NCBI GenBank assembly: GCA_963752285.1
Contig: CAVVXN010000002.1
Span: forward strand, 545,729-609,728
Reading direction: 5' to 3'
DNA: 64,000 bases
Source of the DNA: an uncultured Planctomycetota bacterium
GTDB taxonomy: Bacteria; Planctomycetota; PLA2; JAEUHO01
The translations under genes were made by a program, and so were the position numbers. Of the stretch, positions 10,816 to 23,040 are shown one piece after another. Under the pieces are notes generated by a model that was not told the origin of the DNA, did no database searches, and worked only from the letters and a program-made list of their open reading frames with translations. Every line of letters begins with the position of its first letter. The stretch's first letter is position 1.

Positions 10816-12420
10816 TCAGCGACCGGCGCCCACGATCTCCGTGCCCCGGTCGGGCGTCCAGTAGAGCGTCTTCGGCTGGCGGACGTCGCCGAGGAAGCGG
10901 ATCCGCAGCGCCTCCTTGATCGAGAGGAGCAGGACGAGGACGGAGAGCACCCGGGTCTTGAGCCTCCGCCGGCCCAGGAGGCGGCGGAAACCGTTCCGCA
11001 CCTCGCGGAGCATCCCGCGCGACACGGCGTCCTTGCAGTGGACCCTCAGGCTCGTGACGAAGCACCGCATCAGGCGGAGCATGTCCCGGAACTCGTCCGC
11101 ACGGCAGCGGACGGCCGGGTTCGCGTGGGTCCTGCAGTACTCGTATCCCCGTAGCTCCGTCCGCATGGCCCGGAGGATCGAGGGGCCGTTGCGGTGGTAG
11201 TCGTGCAGGAAGGCCCGACGGAGGAAGGTGCGTGTCTCCGCCGGCGCGAAGTGCTCGTGGCGGAACCAGATCCTGCCCTGACCGTGCTGCGACCGGAAGG
11301 GGACGTCCGACATCAGCTTCCCCTGGGCGCGGTAGCTGGCGTAGAGGGCGGTGCCCGGGATGGGCCCCAGCTGCATGAACTGGAGGTAGTCTGCGCCGAG
11401 CGACGTGGCGAACTCGATGTCGTCCCAGATCGTCAGCTTGTCGTGGTCCTCCAGGAAGAGGATCGCGGAGGCCATCACCGCGATTCCGCGCCGCTGGAGC
11501 TCGTCGATCAGGCGACCGAAGTCCACCCCGCGGTTCTTGGCGAAGACCTCGCGCTTGGACTCCACGCCGACCCAGACGAACGTGACGCCGAGCCGCACGA
11601 GGAGATCGAGGTCGCCGAGTCCCGTCAGTGTCTCGGCCGAGCTGAAGATGGCGAACGAGAACCGGCGCCCAGTCCGCTCCATGATGTCCAGGAGCTCCCG
11701 GGCGCGCTGGGGCTGCTTCAGGAAGTTCTCGTCGAGGACCCCGAAGTCGGTGACCCCGAGCTCGTCCTCGTACTTGCAGCAGACGTCGTAGATCTCCTGA
11801 CCCGTCTCGAGGTACGGCTTGTAGCCGCCGAAGAAGTGGGACGTCGCGCAGAAGCGACACCGGTTGGGACAACCCACGCCCGTGACCAGGATCCCGGCGT
11901 TCGCGGCCCACGGCACGCCCATCACCTGGCGGTTGAACGAGCTGTACGTGAGGGGGTGGCGGATCGGTCTGTCCACGTCCTCGTGGAACAGCTCACGGAG
12001 GAACCGGATTCCCTCGCCGCGGCAGATGTGGTCGTGCTCGATCCGCGTCTCGATCCCGTCCACGGCGACGCCGTGCCCGCCCAGGATGATCTTCGTGCCC
12101 GGGGACAGCCTCCGGACGAGACGCGCCATCAGCCGCGCCTTCTCGAAGTTGGGCACGATGAAGCTGATGCCGACGTAGTCGTAGCCCTTCCGAAGCTCGC
12201 GCGCGAACCGGCGAAGCCGAGGGAAGTCCAGCACGGTCGTGGGGACGTCCACGTTCGCCGCGAGGAAGTAGAGGCCGTGGCTGGCGTGGTGGAAGCGGTA
12301 GGAGAAGATGCCCTGTTCCCGCGTCACCTGGTTGTGGAACAGCTCCATCTTGTTGTCGCTCTCGCCGTACGGGTCGTCCACGCCGTACGGCCCGAAGACG
12401 GACGTCAAGAGCAGCTTCAT
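10816..12420 (-). CDS. B12-binding-domain radical SAM protein
   Basis: CPNRCRFC (CxxxCxxC) preceded by VGISF..IILGGHG region. Confidence 0.88.
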   Translation of the reverse strand: MKLLLTSVFGPYGVDDPYGESDNKMELFHNQVTREQGIFSYRFHHASHGLYFLAANVDVPTTVLDFPRLRRFARELRKGYDYVGISFIVPNFEKARLMARLVRRLSPGTKIILGGHGVAVDGIETRIEHDHICRGEGIRFLRELFHEDVDRPIRHPLTYSSFNRQVMGVPWAANAGILVTGVGCPNRCRFCATSHFFGGYKPYLETGQEIYDVCCKYEDELGVTDFGVLDENFLKQPQRARELLDIMERTGRRFSFAIFSSAETLTGLGDLDLLVRLGVTFVWVGVESKREVFAKNRGVDFGRLIDELQRRGIAVMASAILFLEDHDKLTIWDDIEFATSLGADYLQFMQLGPIPGTALYASYRAQGKLMSDVPFRSQHGQGRIWFRHEHFAPAETRTFLRRAFLHDYHRNGPSILRAMRTELRGYEYCRTHANPAVRCRADEFRDMLRLMRCFVTSLRVHCKDAVSRGMLREVRNGFRRLLGRRRLKTRVLSVLVLLLSIKEALRIRFLGDVRQPKTLYWTPDRGTEIVGAGR

Positions 12421-12771
12421 GAGTTCCCGGTTCCAACAGGGGCGGGCCGACGCGGGTGCCCGTCATGGGCAGGGTTTGGACCGGGCGGCGCAGGAGCACA
12501 ACATAGCGATGCCGTGTCGCTTCGCGTCGCGAAGACGGGGCGCGGTCCTCCCCGGCTCCCTGCCGCGTCGATTCCGCTCCGGGCCCGCGCGTCCCGCACG
12601 GACGAGCGGCCCGGGGCCCCGCGACCCGCAAGAGGACGGCGTGGTCCCCGCCGTCGCCGTGCCCCCGCAGGAGAGCGCGAGCCGACCGTCGCCCGGTTCC
12701 GGCAGGGGCGCGGCGGGCGTCCCCCGAGGGCCCGCGCGGGGCGTCCGTGCCGCTGCGCGCGAGAACACGCC

Positions 12772-12777
12772 TACAAT
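12772..12777 (+). promoter_or_regulatory. Probable -10 element for glnS
   Basis: TACAAT in GC-rich intergenic DNA about 45 nt before the glnS ATG. Confidence 0.4.
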
Positions 12778-12819
12778 CCCCCGCTTGCGGCCGGCCGACC
12801 GGACGCCCGGGATACCGCC

Positions 12820-14514
<1,695 letters not shown>

Positions 14515-14523
14515 GGGCCGGGG

Positions 14524-15306
14524 TCAGCGCCTCTTCTTGCGCGCCTTCTCGTCGGCCTTGATCGTGTCGGCGATCCAGCCGAACGCCTTCTCGACCGGGG
14601 CGCGGGCCATCGAGTGTCCCTCGGCGTGCTCGAACACGAGGACTTCGTAGCCCTTGTCCTTCAACGCCTTCTCGCCGTCGATCCGGGGCTGCTTGAAGTT
14701 CGGGTCGTTCGGGTCGCCGATCAGGAGGATCGTCGGGGCACGCGCGGGCTTGTCCGCCGGCTCGAACGACTGCTTGGCCGAGCCCACGAGGACGACGCCT
14801 CGGAACTTCCCGATCTCGTCTTTCTGGCAGACCACGTCGTCCCAGAGGCGAAAGCCGCCGCCCGAGAAGCCGAGCGCGAACACCTCCTCCGGGTCGATCG
14901 CGAACTTCTCCTGGAGCGCCACGAGGTACTTGGGCGCGTAGCCGACGGCGTCCTGCTTGTTGTCGCAGCGTTCCAGCGCGACGAGGAGCGGCGGCTTCTT
15001 CCCCGCCAGGGTCTTCGCCTCGCGGAGGAAGTCGAGGGCCTTTCCCCCGTTCCCGTGACACAAGAGCACGACGGGCACGGGGTGCTTCGGCGAGTAGCCC
15101 TTGGGTACGAGCGCCGCGAATCCCTCCTCCTTGCCGTCGATCGTGACGGTGCCCTCCTGCTCGCCCGCCTTCCAGCGTGGGAGCGGGACGGCCTTCTCGG
15201 GCGCAACGGTCGGGTCTCCGGCGAACGACGGCGTGCGCGTTCCGCCCAGGAACGGCACCACGAGGCCCAGGGCGAACGCGAGCGCGACACGGGGCACGCG
15301 ACGCAT
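14524..15306 (-). CDS. Secreted alpha/beta hydrolase (esterase-like)
   Basis: Signal peptide; HGNGG, GFSGG nucleophile elbow, D..H (EGH). Confidence 0.75.
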   Translation of the reverse strand: MRRVPRVALAFALGLVVPFLGGTRTPSFAGDPTVAPEKAVPLPRWKAGEQEGTVTIDGKEEGFAALVPKGYSPKHPVPVVLLCHGNGGKALDFLREAKTLAGKKPPLLVALERCDNKQDAVGYAPKYLVALQEKFAIDPEEVFALGFSGGGFRLWDDVVCQKDEIGKFRGVVLVGSAKQSFEPADKPARAPTILLIGDPNDPNFKQPRIDGEKALKDKGYEVLVFEHAEGHSMARAPVEKAFGWIADTIKADEKARKKRR

Positions 15307-15322
15307 GACGACCTCCACGCCC

Positions 15323-16480
15323 TCAGTGGTGGAACAGGCGCAGGTGCGTGTGCGCCATCGCGATGCCGTGTTCCTCGCACGCGCGCGCGACGTCGTCGTC
15401 CCGCGTGGACCCGCCCGGCTGGGCCACGTAGCGGACCCCGTGCCGCGCGGCGTGGTCGATGTTGTCTCGGAACGGGATGAACCCGTCCGAGACGAGGGAT
15501 ACCCCCTTCAGCGCGCGAACCCACGCCTCGCGCTCGCCGTCTTCCCACATGGAGACGTCGCCGTCGGTCGCGGCGCGAAAGCGGGCCTCCTCCTCGGGCG
15601 TCAGGTCGCCCTCGATGAAGCGGATCCGCCAGTTGATGCGCTCCTGACGCTTGACCTCCGGACGGAACGAGAGGCCCAGAACCTTCGGGTGACGGCCGAG
15701 GTGCCACACGTCGGCCTTCTGGCCGGCGAGCTTCGTGCAGTCCACGCGCGACTGTTGGCCCGCGCCGATGCCGATCATCTGTCCGTCGAGCGCGTAGCCG
15801 ACGGAGTTCGACTGCGTGTACTTGATCGCGACGAGGCCGAGGAGGAGGTCCCGCCTCGCCTCGGGCGGGAGCGAGCCCACCACGACGTCGGCGAGGTGCC
15901 GGTCGGACACCGCTTGCGCGTTTCGCTCCTGCGTGAGCCGCATGCCGTAGACCTCCCGGGCCTCGGTCTCGGGCGGCACGAAGTCGGGGTCGGCGCGCAT
16001 CACGATGAACGAGCCGCCCTTCTTCCCCTCGAGAATCGTGCGCGCCGCGGGCTCGTAGCCCGGCGCGACGATGCCGTCGCTCACCACGCCCTTGAGGAAG
16101 AGCGCGGTCGCCTCGTCCACGACGTCGCTCAGGGCCACGAAGTCGCCGAAGGAGCTCTTCGGGTCGGCGCCGCGCGCGCGCACGTACGCCGTCGCGGCGG
16201 GCGTGAGCGACGTGCCGTGTACCTCGTACGCCCGTGCGAGGTCCTCGGGCAGGTCCACGGCCACGGCGGCCCCCGCGGGCGACACGTGTTTGAACGACGC
16301 CGCGGCGACGACCCCGAGCGCCGCCCGGGCCTCTCGCACGAGCTGCCACGCGTTCAGCGCGTCGAGGAAGTTGATGAAGGAGGGTTTGCCCGAGAGCACC
16401 TCGAGGGGAGGCGCGTCGGGGCGGATGGGCACCGCCGAGGCGCGTCCCTGGTGCGGGTTCGTTCCGTACTTGAGCTCCAT
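15323..16480 (-). CDS. purH: AICAR transformylase (short PurH type, no IMP cyclohydrolase domain)
   Basis: LKYGTNPHQ, SFKHVSPAG, KYTQSNSV, GAGQQSRVDC, SDGFIPFRD, QPGGS, RLFHH. Confidence 0.9.
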   Translation of the reverse strand: MELKYGTNPHQGRASAVPIRPDAPPLEVLSGKPSFINFLDALNAWQLVREARAALGVVAAASFKHVSPAGAAVAVDLPEDLARAYEVHGTSLTPAATAYVRARGADPKSSFGDFVALSDVVDEATALFLKGVVSDGIVAPGYEPAARTILEGKKGGSFIVMRADPDFVPPETEAREVYGMRLTQERNAQAVSDRHLADVVVGSLPPEARRDLLLGLVAIKYTQSNSVGYALDGQMIGIGAGQQSRVDCTKLAGQKADVWHLGRHPKVLGLSFRPEVKRQERINWRIRFIEGDLTPEEEARFRAATDGDVSMWEDGEREAWVRALKGVSLVSDGFIPFRDNIDHAARHGVRYVAQPGGSTRDDDVARACEEHGIAMAHTHLRLFHH

Positions 16481-16552
16481 GCGGCGCATGATGCCCGCGC
16501 GGGCCCCGCTCGTCACGCCTGGGCCCGTGGGGCCGGGGCGCCCCGGCGCCCG

Positions 16553-18430
16553 TCAGCGGGAGGGCGTTATCGTCGGGGGCACGGCCTTCTTCAGGAAGAG
16601 GAGCCCGAACGCGGTGTCGTCGTAGCCCCCGCGCCACGATCCGTCGTCTTCCTGGGTCTCGAGCAGCCAGACGGCGCCCTCGAAGTACCAGTCGCGGCCC
16701 TGCAGCCGCGCGATCCGCCGGATCTCGAGTGCGCGCTCGACCCCGAAGAGGTAGTAGCCCCGCGAGCAGAGGCTGTGGGGGCCGCCGGGGTTCGCGCGGA
16801 CCGTGAAGTGCGTGGCGAGCCAGGCGAGGCCGCCCCGGCGCGCGCGGTCCACGTCCACGCCGAACGTCCCGGGGAAGCCGCGCCGGCGGCCGGTCCCGGA
16901 CTCCGCGATCTCGAGGCTCGCGACGGCGGCGGCGGTCATGCTTCCGCTGAGGTCGGCCCGCTCCACGTAGCCCCAGGCGAGCGGGGCCACGCGCGGTCCC
17001 CGGTCGCGCGTGCTGCCGTCGGTCCCGTAGCCGCCGTGGCGGAGCAGGGCGGCCTCCTTTTCGCGCGCCTCGAGCTCGGCGTGGGTCGGGGTCGAGAGCA
17101 CGATCGGGTCCTCGCCCGGGTCCTGTACGTCCGCGAGCCAGTGCCGCGCGGACGAGCTCCAGGCGGTGGGGGGGATCGCCGCGCCCAGGAGGTGCGCGGC
17201 GTAGAGGCCGAGGAGCGCGTACTGGGTGTTCGAGTTGTCGTAGTCGGCGCTCCGTGCGTACCGCCAGCGGAGGAGGTAGCCGGGGTCGATCCGCGTGTCG
17301 TGCGCCTCGAGGAGCGCGCGCGTCCAGCGATCGACCACCGCGCGGTCCGCGGGGGTCGGGTTGCGCTCGGCGGGCCCCGCCTTGTCGTCGGCCATCAGGC
17401 GGTCGCGCTCGCGCGGCGGCGTGTAGTAGGCGTCGATGGCCATCAGCGCGCACGCCAGGGAGTAGGTGGTCAGGATCTCGCGGCCCCGGAGCTCGTCGAG
17501 CGCGCGGGCCACCACGAGGTCGTCTCGGTAGAGCTCCGACTTGAGGACAGCGAGGAGGACGAGCGCCAGCTCCCCGCTCCCCTGCCACTGATCGAGTCGG
17601 CGTCCGTCGGGTGGCGCGCCGAAGCGTCCTCGCGCGAGTCGCTGGTCCTGGAGGAGGTCACGCAGCCACCGGGCGCTCGTCTCGATTGCGCGGTCCACGC
17701 TCTGGCGGAAGGACGGGTCCGAGGCGCGGAGCACCTCGCGAAACGTCCACGACTCGGTGTAGCGGATGCGTCCCGTCCGGATCTCCTCCGCTTCCCCCTC
17801 GCTCGTGTCGAGCAGGAGCTCGGACGTGAGCGACGTGAGGTGTCCCTCCGCCTCGTCGAACCGCCGCGTCGCGCGGAGCCGACCGTGGAGCGTCCGGCCC
17901 TGCGACCGTCGGGGCCGGTGGTGGGGCGCGTCGCCCTCCGGCTCGGGAAGGAAGAGCGCCACGAAGTCCTGCGACCCGTCCGGGCGCGGGAGGGCGTACT
18001 GGACGAGGACGCGCGTCCGATCGAACTCGCGAAGCCCGTCGAGGACCAGCTCCAACCTCCCCCCCTGCTCGAGGACGTGCACGTCGGAGGCGAGGAAGAC
18101 TGCCAGGTCGCGGAGGTCGTAGACCGGGCCGCGAAGCGAGAGTCCGTCCTTCTCGACTTCGCCACCCCAGACCACCGCGGGGTTCAGGGGCTCGCTGAAG
18201 CCCCGCCGCGACTTCCCCTCGACCCACGCCGACTCCTCGACGCGGCGATAGAGGGCCGCGCCGTCGATCGGCACGCGCCAGCGGGGCGCCTCCTTCTCTT
18301 CCGCGCGCGCTCGACCGAGGACCAGGAGCGGGAGCAGCAACAGGGCCGGGGCGAGGCGGAGGGCGCGCGCGGGAAGACGGAGGGCGAGGCGCACGGGGTG
18401 CCTTCCGGGAGGGGCGAGGGCGTAGATCAT
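16553..18430 (-). CDS. Secreted prenyltransferase/squalene-oxidase-repeat-like protein
   Basis: DNSNTQYALLGL, GSMTAA, YYLFGVERA, DWY..G..WLL..Q..DGSW, DTAFGLLFL; start approximate. Confidence 0.65.
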   Translation of the reverse strand: MIYALAPPGRHPVRLALRLPARALRLAPALLLLPLLVLGRARAEEKEAPRWRVPIDGAALYRRVEESAWVEGKSRRGFSEPLNPAVVWGGEVEKDGLSLRGPVYDLRDLAVFLASDVHVLEQGGRLELVLDGLREFDRTRVLVQYALPRPDGSQDFVALFLPEPEGDAPHHRPRRSQGRTLHGRLRATRRFDEAEGHLTSLTSELLLDTSEGEAEEIRTGRIRYTESWTFREVLRASDPSFRQSVDRAIETSARWLRDLLQDQRLARGRFGAPPDGRRLDQWQGSGELALVLLAVLKSELYRDDLVVARALDELRGREILTTYSLACALMAIDAYYTPPRERDRLMADDKAGPAERNPTPADRAVVDRWTRALLEAHDTRIDPGYLLRWRYARSADYDNSNTQYALLGLYAAHLLGAAIPPTAWSSSARHWLADVQDPGEDPIVLSTPTHAELEAREKEAALLRHGGYGTDGSTRDRGPRVAPLAWGYVERADLSGSMTAAAVASLEIAESGTGRRRGFPGTFGVDVDRARRGGLAWLATHFTVRANPGGPHSLCSRGYYLFGVERALEIRRIARLQGRDWYFEGAVWLLETQEDDGSWRGGYDDTAFGLLFLKKAVPPTITPSR

Positions 18431-18763
18431 CGGTCCCCGGCGCCTCCGGGGACACCCGGAACCCGGGGGGAGCGGCCGCCGGTGGGCGGGTCCCGGCGGC
18501 TCGAGTCGAAGGTCCCATGGCCCGGCCCGGAGGCCGACTTCTTGCCGGGTGCGGGGAGGGCGGCCCGCCGTCGAGAACGCCCGATTTGGCCCGAAACCAT
18601 CCGCGGCCCCTGGTAGGCTCTCGCCGAACTGGTCTCCCATCGACGCGTGCTCGGCTCGACGATTCAAACGCTTCGTCCCTCCGCGCCGCCGTTCGATTGG
18701 CGGCCGTAACCCATTCGAATCGTCTGGCCCCCGACCGGGGGTTCGTTGGAGGGCACCCGAGGG

Positions 18764-19267
18764 ATGTCCGAGAGCAGGCTCTACGTCGGCAATCTGCCGT
18801 TCCAGTCGACGGAGGAAGAGCTCGAGTCCGCATTCGCCGCGTTCGGCTCGGTCCGAAACGTCCACTTGGTCATCGACCGTGAGACGGGCCGTTCGCGCGG
18901 CTTCGCGTTCGTCGAGATGGACACCGATCAGGAGGCGCAGGCCGCCATCGAAGGCATGAACGAGCGCGACTTTTCCGGTCGCAGGCTCAAGGTGAACGTC
19001 GCGCGCCCGCGCGAGGAGCGCGGCGGCGGTGGCGGCGGCGGGTACCGCGGCGGCGGTGGCGGCGGCTACGGCGGCGGCGGTGGGTACGGGGGCGGTGGCG
19101 GTGGCCCGCGCGGCTTCGGCGGCGGCTCCCCGCCCTTCCCCGGCGGGGGCCCCGGCGGTCCTCCCGGTGGCCCTCCCGGCGGCGGTCGCGAGGGCGGCCG
19201 CGGCGAGCGCTACCGCCAGAACCGCGAGCGCAAGTCCCGGCGCGACGCCGAGGACGATCGCTGGTAG
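18764..19267 (+). CDS. RRM RNA-binding protein with Gly-rich tail
   Basis: RNP2 LYVGNL, RNP1 [13 protein letters not shown] repeats. Confidence 0.93.
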   Translation: MSESRLYVGNLPFQSTEEELESAFAAFGSVRNVHLVIDRETGRSRGFAFVEMDTDQEAQAAIEGMNERDFSGRRLKVNVARPREERGGGGGGGYRGGGGGGYGGGGGYGGGGGGPRGFGGGSPPFPGGGPGGPPGGPPGGGREGGRGERYRQNRERKSRRDAEDDRW

Positions 19268-19386
19268 GCGGGCTTCGTGCGCGGGGGCCCGCGTCTCGCG
19301 GGTCCCCGACTCGTCGGGCCGCGCGACCCGACGCGGGCCAACGGTTCGTCCGACCGCGACCCCGGTCTCCTCGGGAGAATCCCGGG

Positions 19387-20007
19387 ATGAGCCACGATCT
19401 GGTCGCGCGCCGGTGGATCGCGCTGCTGGGTCTCGCTCCTCATCCCGAGGGCGGCTGGTACTCGGAGACGTGGCGGGCGGACGAGGTCGTCCCCGCCACC
19501 GCGCTCCCGGCCCGCTACGACGGAGACCGCGCGCTCGGTACCGCGGTCCTCTATCTCCTGGCCGAAGGGGCGTTCTCCGCGCTCCACCGGGTCCAGAGCG
19601 ACGAGGTCTGGCACCACTACGCCGGCGACACGGTCGAGCTCCTTCAGCTACGGCCGGACGGCTCGGTGCTCCGCGTCCTCCTCGGGCCCGACGTCCTCCA
19701 CGGCGAGCGGCCCCAGGCGGTGGTGCCGCGCGGCTCCTGGCAGGGCGCGCGGATCGTCCCGCTCGGGCGCCGCGCGCTGCTCGGCTGCACGGTATCGCCC
19801 GGCTTCGACTTCGCGGACTTCGAGGTGACCGCGCCCGAGCCGTTGCTCCAGCGCTGGCCGGACCTCGAAGACGAGATCCGGTCCCTCGCCCCGGACCGCG
19901 CGCCCGACCGCGCGGCCGACCGCGCGGCCCATCTCCCGCCCGGCGGCGCGCCGGCGCCGCGGCACGCGGACGGGCTTCCCTCGCCGCCGAGGAGCGCGCT
20001 CACCTGA
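19387..20007 (+). CDS. Cupin (DUF985/Cupin_5)
   Basis: LGLAPHPEGGWY, SDEVWHHYAG, CTVSPGFDFADF. Confidence 0.9.
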   Translation: MSHDLVARRWIALLGLAPHPEGGWYSETWRADEVVPATALPARYDGDRALGTAVLYLLAEGAFSALHRVQSDEVWHHYAGDTVELLQLRPDGSVLRVLLGPDVLHGERPQAVVPRGSWQGARIVPLGRRALLGCTVSPGFDFADFEVTAPEPLLQRWPDLEDEIRSLAPDRAPDRAADRAAHLPPGGAPAPRHADGLPSPPRSALT

Positions 20008-20067
20008 TCGAGGGGCGCGCGGGGCAGAGGGGGGCAGGACGACCTGACCTCGTACGATGTCGTTCCC

Positions 20068-21195
20068 ATGAAGCGGATCGCGGTGCTGGGAGCGGGTCGG
20101 ATCGGGGCGGAGGTGGCGCGCGACCTCTCCCACGCGTTCGACGTGACGTCGTTCGACCTGGACGCCGACCTCCTGGCCCGGCGGCTCTCCGGGAGCGCGG
20201 TTCGGACCGTCGCCGCCGACGTCGGGACGGCCGAGGCGGTCCGGCGCGCGGTCCGCTCGTTCGACCTCGTGATCGGCGCGCTGCCGGGTCACCTCGGCCA
20301 CCGCGCGCTCGAAGCCGCGATCGAAGCCGGCAAGGACGTCGTGGACATCGCGTTCTCGCCGGAGGACGCGTTCGCGCTCGACGGGCGCGCGCGCGAGCGC
20401 GGCGTGACCGCCGTCGTGGACATGGGCGTCGCGCCCGGCATGAGCAACCTCTTCCTCGGCCGTGCGGTCGAGGAGATGCTCGCCGTGGAGCGCTTCGAGT
20501 GCCTGGTCGGCGGGCTCCCCGTCGTGCGGAGTCGTCCGTTCGAGTACAAGGCGCCGTTCTCGCCGGTGGACGTGATCGAGGAGTACGTCCGTCCCGCACG
20601 CGTCGTCCGGGACGGGAAGCTCGAAGTGCGGCCGGCGCTCTCGGAGGTCGAGCCGGTGGAGTTCGAGGGCATCGGGACGCTCGAAGCCTTCCTGACGGAC
20701 GGCCTGAGATCGCTGCTCCGACTGCCCGTCCGTTGGATGCAGGAGAAGACGCTTCGCTATCCCGGCCACGCGGGACTCATGATCGCGCTCCGCGAGGCGG
20801 GTCTCTTCGGCGTCGAGCCGGTCGAGGTGGACGGGAAACGGGTCCGGCCGCGGGACGTCGTGAGCGCGCTCCTCTTCCCCCGCTGGACGTACCAGCCCGG
20901 CGAATCCGACCTGACCGCCTTCCGCGTCACGATCGAGGGCATCTCGCGCGCGAGCGAGCCCGTCACGGTGGGCTGGGACCTCCTGGACCGCGCGGACGCC
21001 GAACGAGGCGTCCAGAGCATGGCCCGTACGACGGGCTACGCCTGCGCGGCCGTGGCGACCCTCCTGGCCGAGGGACGGATCCGCGGTCCCGGCGTGTTCG
21101 GGCCGGAGCACGTGGGAGCCGACGCGTCGTGCTTCGAGGCGGTGCTCCGCTACCAGGCCGAACGCGGCGTCGTGTACCGCCGAAGGCCGGCCTGA
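20068..21195 (+). CDS. Saccharopine dehydrogenase family / lysine 6-dehydrogenase-like oxidoreductase
   Basis: VLGAGRIG, DMGVAPGMSN, DVIEEY, TDGLRSL, EKTLRYPGH, MARTTGY. Confidence 0.88.
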   Translation: MKRIAVLGAGRIGAEVARDLSHAFDVTSFDLDADLLARRLSGSAVRTVAADVGTAEAVRRAVRSFDLVIGALPGHLGHRALEAAIEAGKDVVDIAFSPEDAFALDGRARERGVTAVVDMGVAPGMSNLFLGRAVEEMLAVERFECLVGGLPVVRSRPFEYKAPFSPVDVIEEYVRPARVVRDGKLEVRPALSEVEPVEFEGIGTLEAFLTDGLRSLLRLPVRWMQEKTLRYPGHAGLMIALREAGLFGVEPVEVDGKRVRPRDVVSALLFPRWTYQPGESDLTAFRVTIEGISRASEPVTVGWDLLDRADAERGVQSMARTTGYACAAVATLLAEGRIRGPGVFGPEHVGADASCFEAVLRYQAERGVVYRRRPA

Positions 21196-21199
21196 CGTC

Positions 21200-21925
21200 T
21201 CAGCCCGCGGGCGTCAGCTTCGAGAGATCGTGGATGTCGAGCGCGCGCTCGAGCTCCGCGACCCGTCCGACGGCCCGCTCGAACCCGTCTACGCCGAACC
21301 GTTGCTTCTCCAGGTCCTCGAACTCGTCGCCCAGTTCGCGGAGCTCCTCGGGCTCGAGGATCCGGTGGAGCGCGGGGAAGAGGACGGTGTCCTCGCGTGC
21401 CGCGTGAGGACGGTACATGCGCACGAAGCAGTCGATCGTCTTCACGAGGTCCTCGGCGTGATCGCCGCCGGCGGCGCTCGTGAGACGGAGGATCTCGTCC
21501 GTCAACCGCCGTCCCGCGGCGTGCTGCTTCTCGAGGACGCCCACGAGCTCGACCTCGCGGCCCGCCTTCCCGAAGCGCGGAAACACGTGCTCCTCCTCGA
21601 GCCTCTCGTGGTAGTTCTCGATGAAGTCGTGGATCAGGCTCGCCGCGCCGTGCAGCACCCGCGGGTCGAGGTCGGTTCCGCTCCGGAGGCGTCCGCGCGC
21701 GGCCTCGTAGACGAGCAGCGCGCGGTCCAGGACGCCGTGCTCGCGCATGAGGTCCTCGCCGGCCGTGACGACGCCCTCGCCCTCGTCCCCCTTTCCCGGC
21801 GGGTCGGCCCGGGCGACCGGCACCGCGTTCCATCCAGACGCCGCGCCCGTGAGCGCGAGTGCCGACGCGAGCGCGGCCCCCTCGAGCACCGAACGGCGTG
21901 ACGGTTGCCGCTTCGGATCGGACAT
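21200..21925 (-). CDS. Hemerythrin (HHE) domain protein with Tat signal
   Basis: SRRSVL twin-arginine; LMREH, YHERLEEEHVFP, QH, HAAREDTVLFP. Confidence 0.85.
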   Translation of the reverse strand: MSDPKRQPSRRSVLEGAALASALALTGAASGWNAVPVARADPPGKGDEGEGVVTAGEDLMREHGVLDRALLVYEAARGRLRSGTDLDPRVLHGAASLIHDFIENYHERLEEEHVFPRFGKAGREVELVGVLEKQHAAGRRLTDEILRLTSAAGGDHAEDLVKTIDCFVRMYRPHAAREDTVLFPALHRILEPEELRELGDEFEDLEKQRFGVDGFERAVGRVAELERALDIHDLSKLTPAG

Positions 21926-22216
21926 CAGGATCTCCCATACGTGGGGCGCCCCGCGACGGAGCGCCGCGAGCCGGGCCATGCGGCTCTCGACCGGGCGCCG
22001 CGAGGTCCATGATGCAGAGCCTTCCCGGCTCGTCGGCCGGGTGGGGAGAGCGGTCGCGGGGCCTCGGCCCCGGGGTGGGTCCCGCTCGGCGCGCGGAGCC
22101 GCCGAAGGAGGGGGGCACGTCTTGTTCGCGCCCGCAGGGGCCCCGCGCCGCCCAGTATGACGGGGCGACGATCCTCGGATTGACCGTGGGGTCTGCGTGC
22201 GTAGACTCTTCCCTGC

Positions 22217-23040
22217 TTGGGGGATCCGGGATCCATCGACTGCGCGACGTGTACCGAGTTCACGATCGACGACGCCGTCGGCCGATGCACGCTCCGGGCG
22301 TGCGAGATCGCGGATCCCCACCGGACGTGGTGCGCCAACCACCCCGCATGCGGCGGTCCGCCGTGCACGCACCCCGTGGGGCCCGTGGTGGCCCGCGCGC
22401 CGGGCGGGCCCGAGGTGGTCCGCGCGTCGCCGGACACGTGGAAGGTCCGGGGTGCGCTCCTGAGCATCGTGGAGCAGTCTGCCGCGGTGCACATCGAGGA
22501 GATGACGCCGAGGGAGGAGACCGCGCTCTGGCAGCTCGCGGCGTGGCGGGAGGGCCGGGCTCAGGTGGTGCGGGACCGGATCGCCGGGGTCCCTCTCCTC
22601 CTCGGGACCCCGAGGTCGGGACGCGAGGCGGCTCGGACCTCGGGAAGCCCCGACGGCGGGACCTTCCGGTCGGCGGCACGTCTTGGCCGCGTGGTCGTGG
22701 TGCTGCTCACATGGGGAGCGCTCGTCTCCCTGGCCCTGCTCGTCTCGAACGTCCGCGTGCTCGGCTTGGTGTCCAGGGCCGAGTCGGGGACGGTCCGCCG
22801 GGACGAGCTCGACACGACGTCCGCGTGGCAGCACGGCCTGACGCTGCTCCAGCTCGGCGTGTTCGTCGCCACGGGCGTCGCGTTCCTCGTCTGGCTCCAC
22901 CGTGCGTACGCGAATCTCCGGCCCATCGGGGCGCCGCACGTGAGGCACGCCCCGGGATTCGCCGTGAGCTGCTGGTTCCTGCCGGTGGCGAATCTCGTCC
23001 TCCCGATGCGCGTGGTGCAGGAGCTCGCCGACAAGAGTGG
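22217..23040 (+). pseudogene. Cys-rich N-terminus plus DUF4328-like membrane domain, 3'-truncated
   Basis: WLHRAYANL..WFLPVANLVLP.RVVQEL, then abrupt switch to Rhs sequence at about 23040. Confidence 0.6.

Noticed and set aside
12421..12819. Cobalamin riboswitch upstream of the radical SAM gene
   Set aside because: Only generic GC hairpins; no B12-box motifs seen
19891..19930. Short in-frame tandem repeats (also 6843-6870 and 40486-40515)
   Set aside because: Low-complexity linker coding with no sign of function
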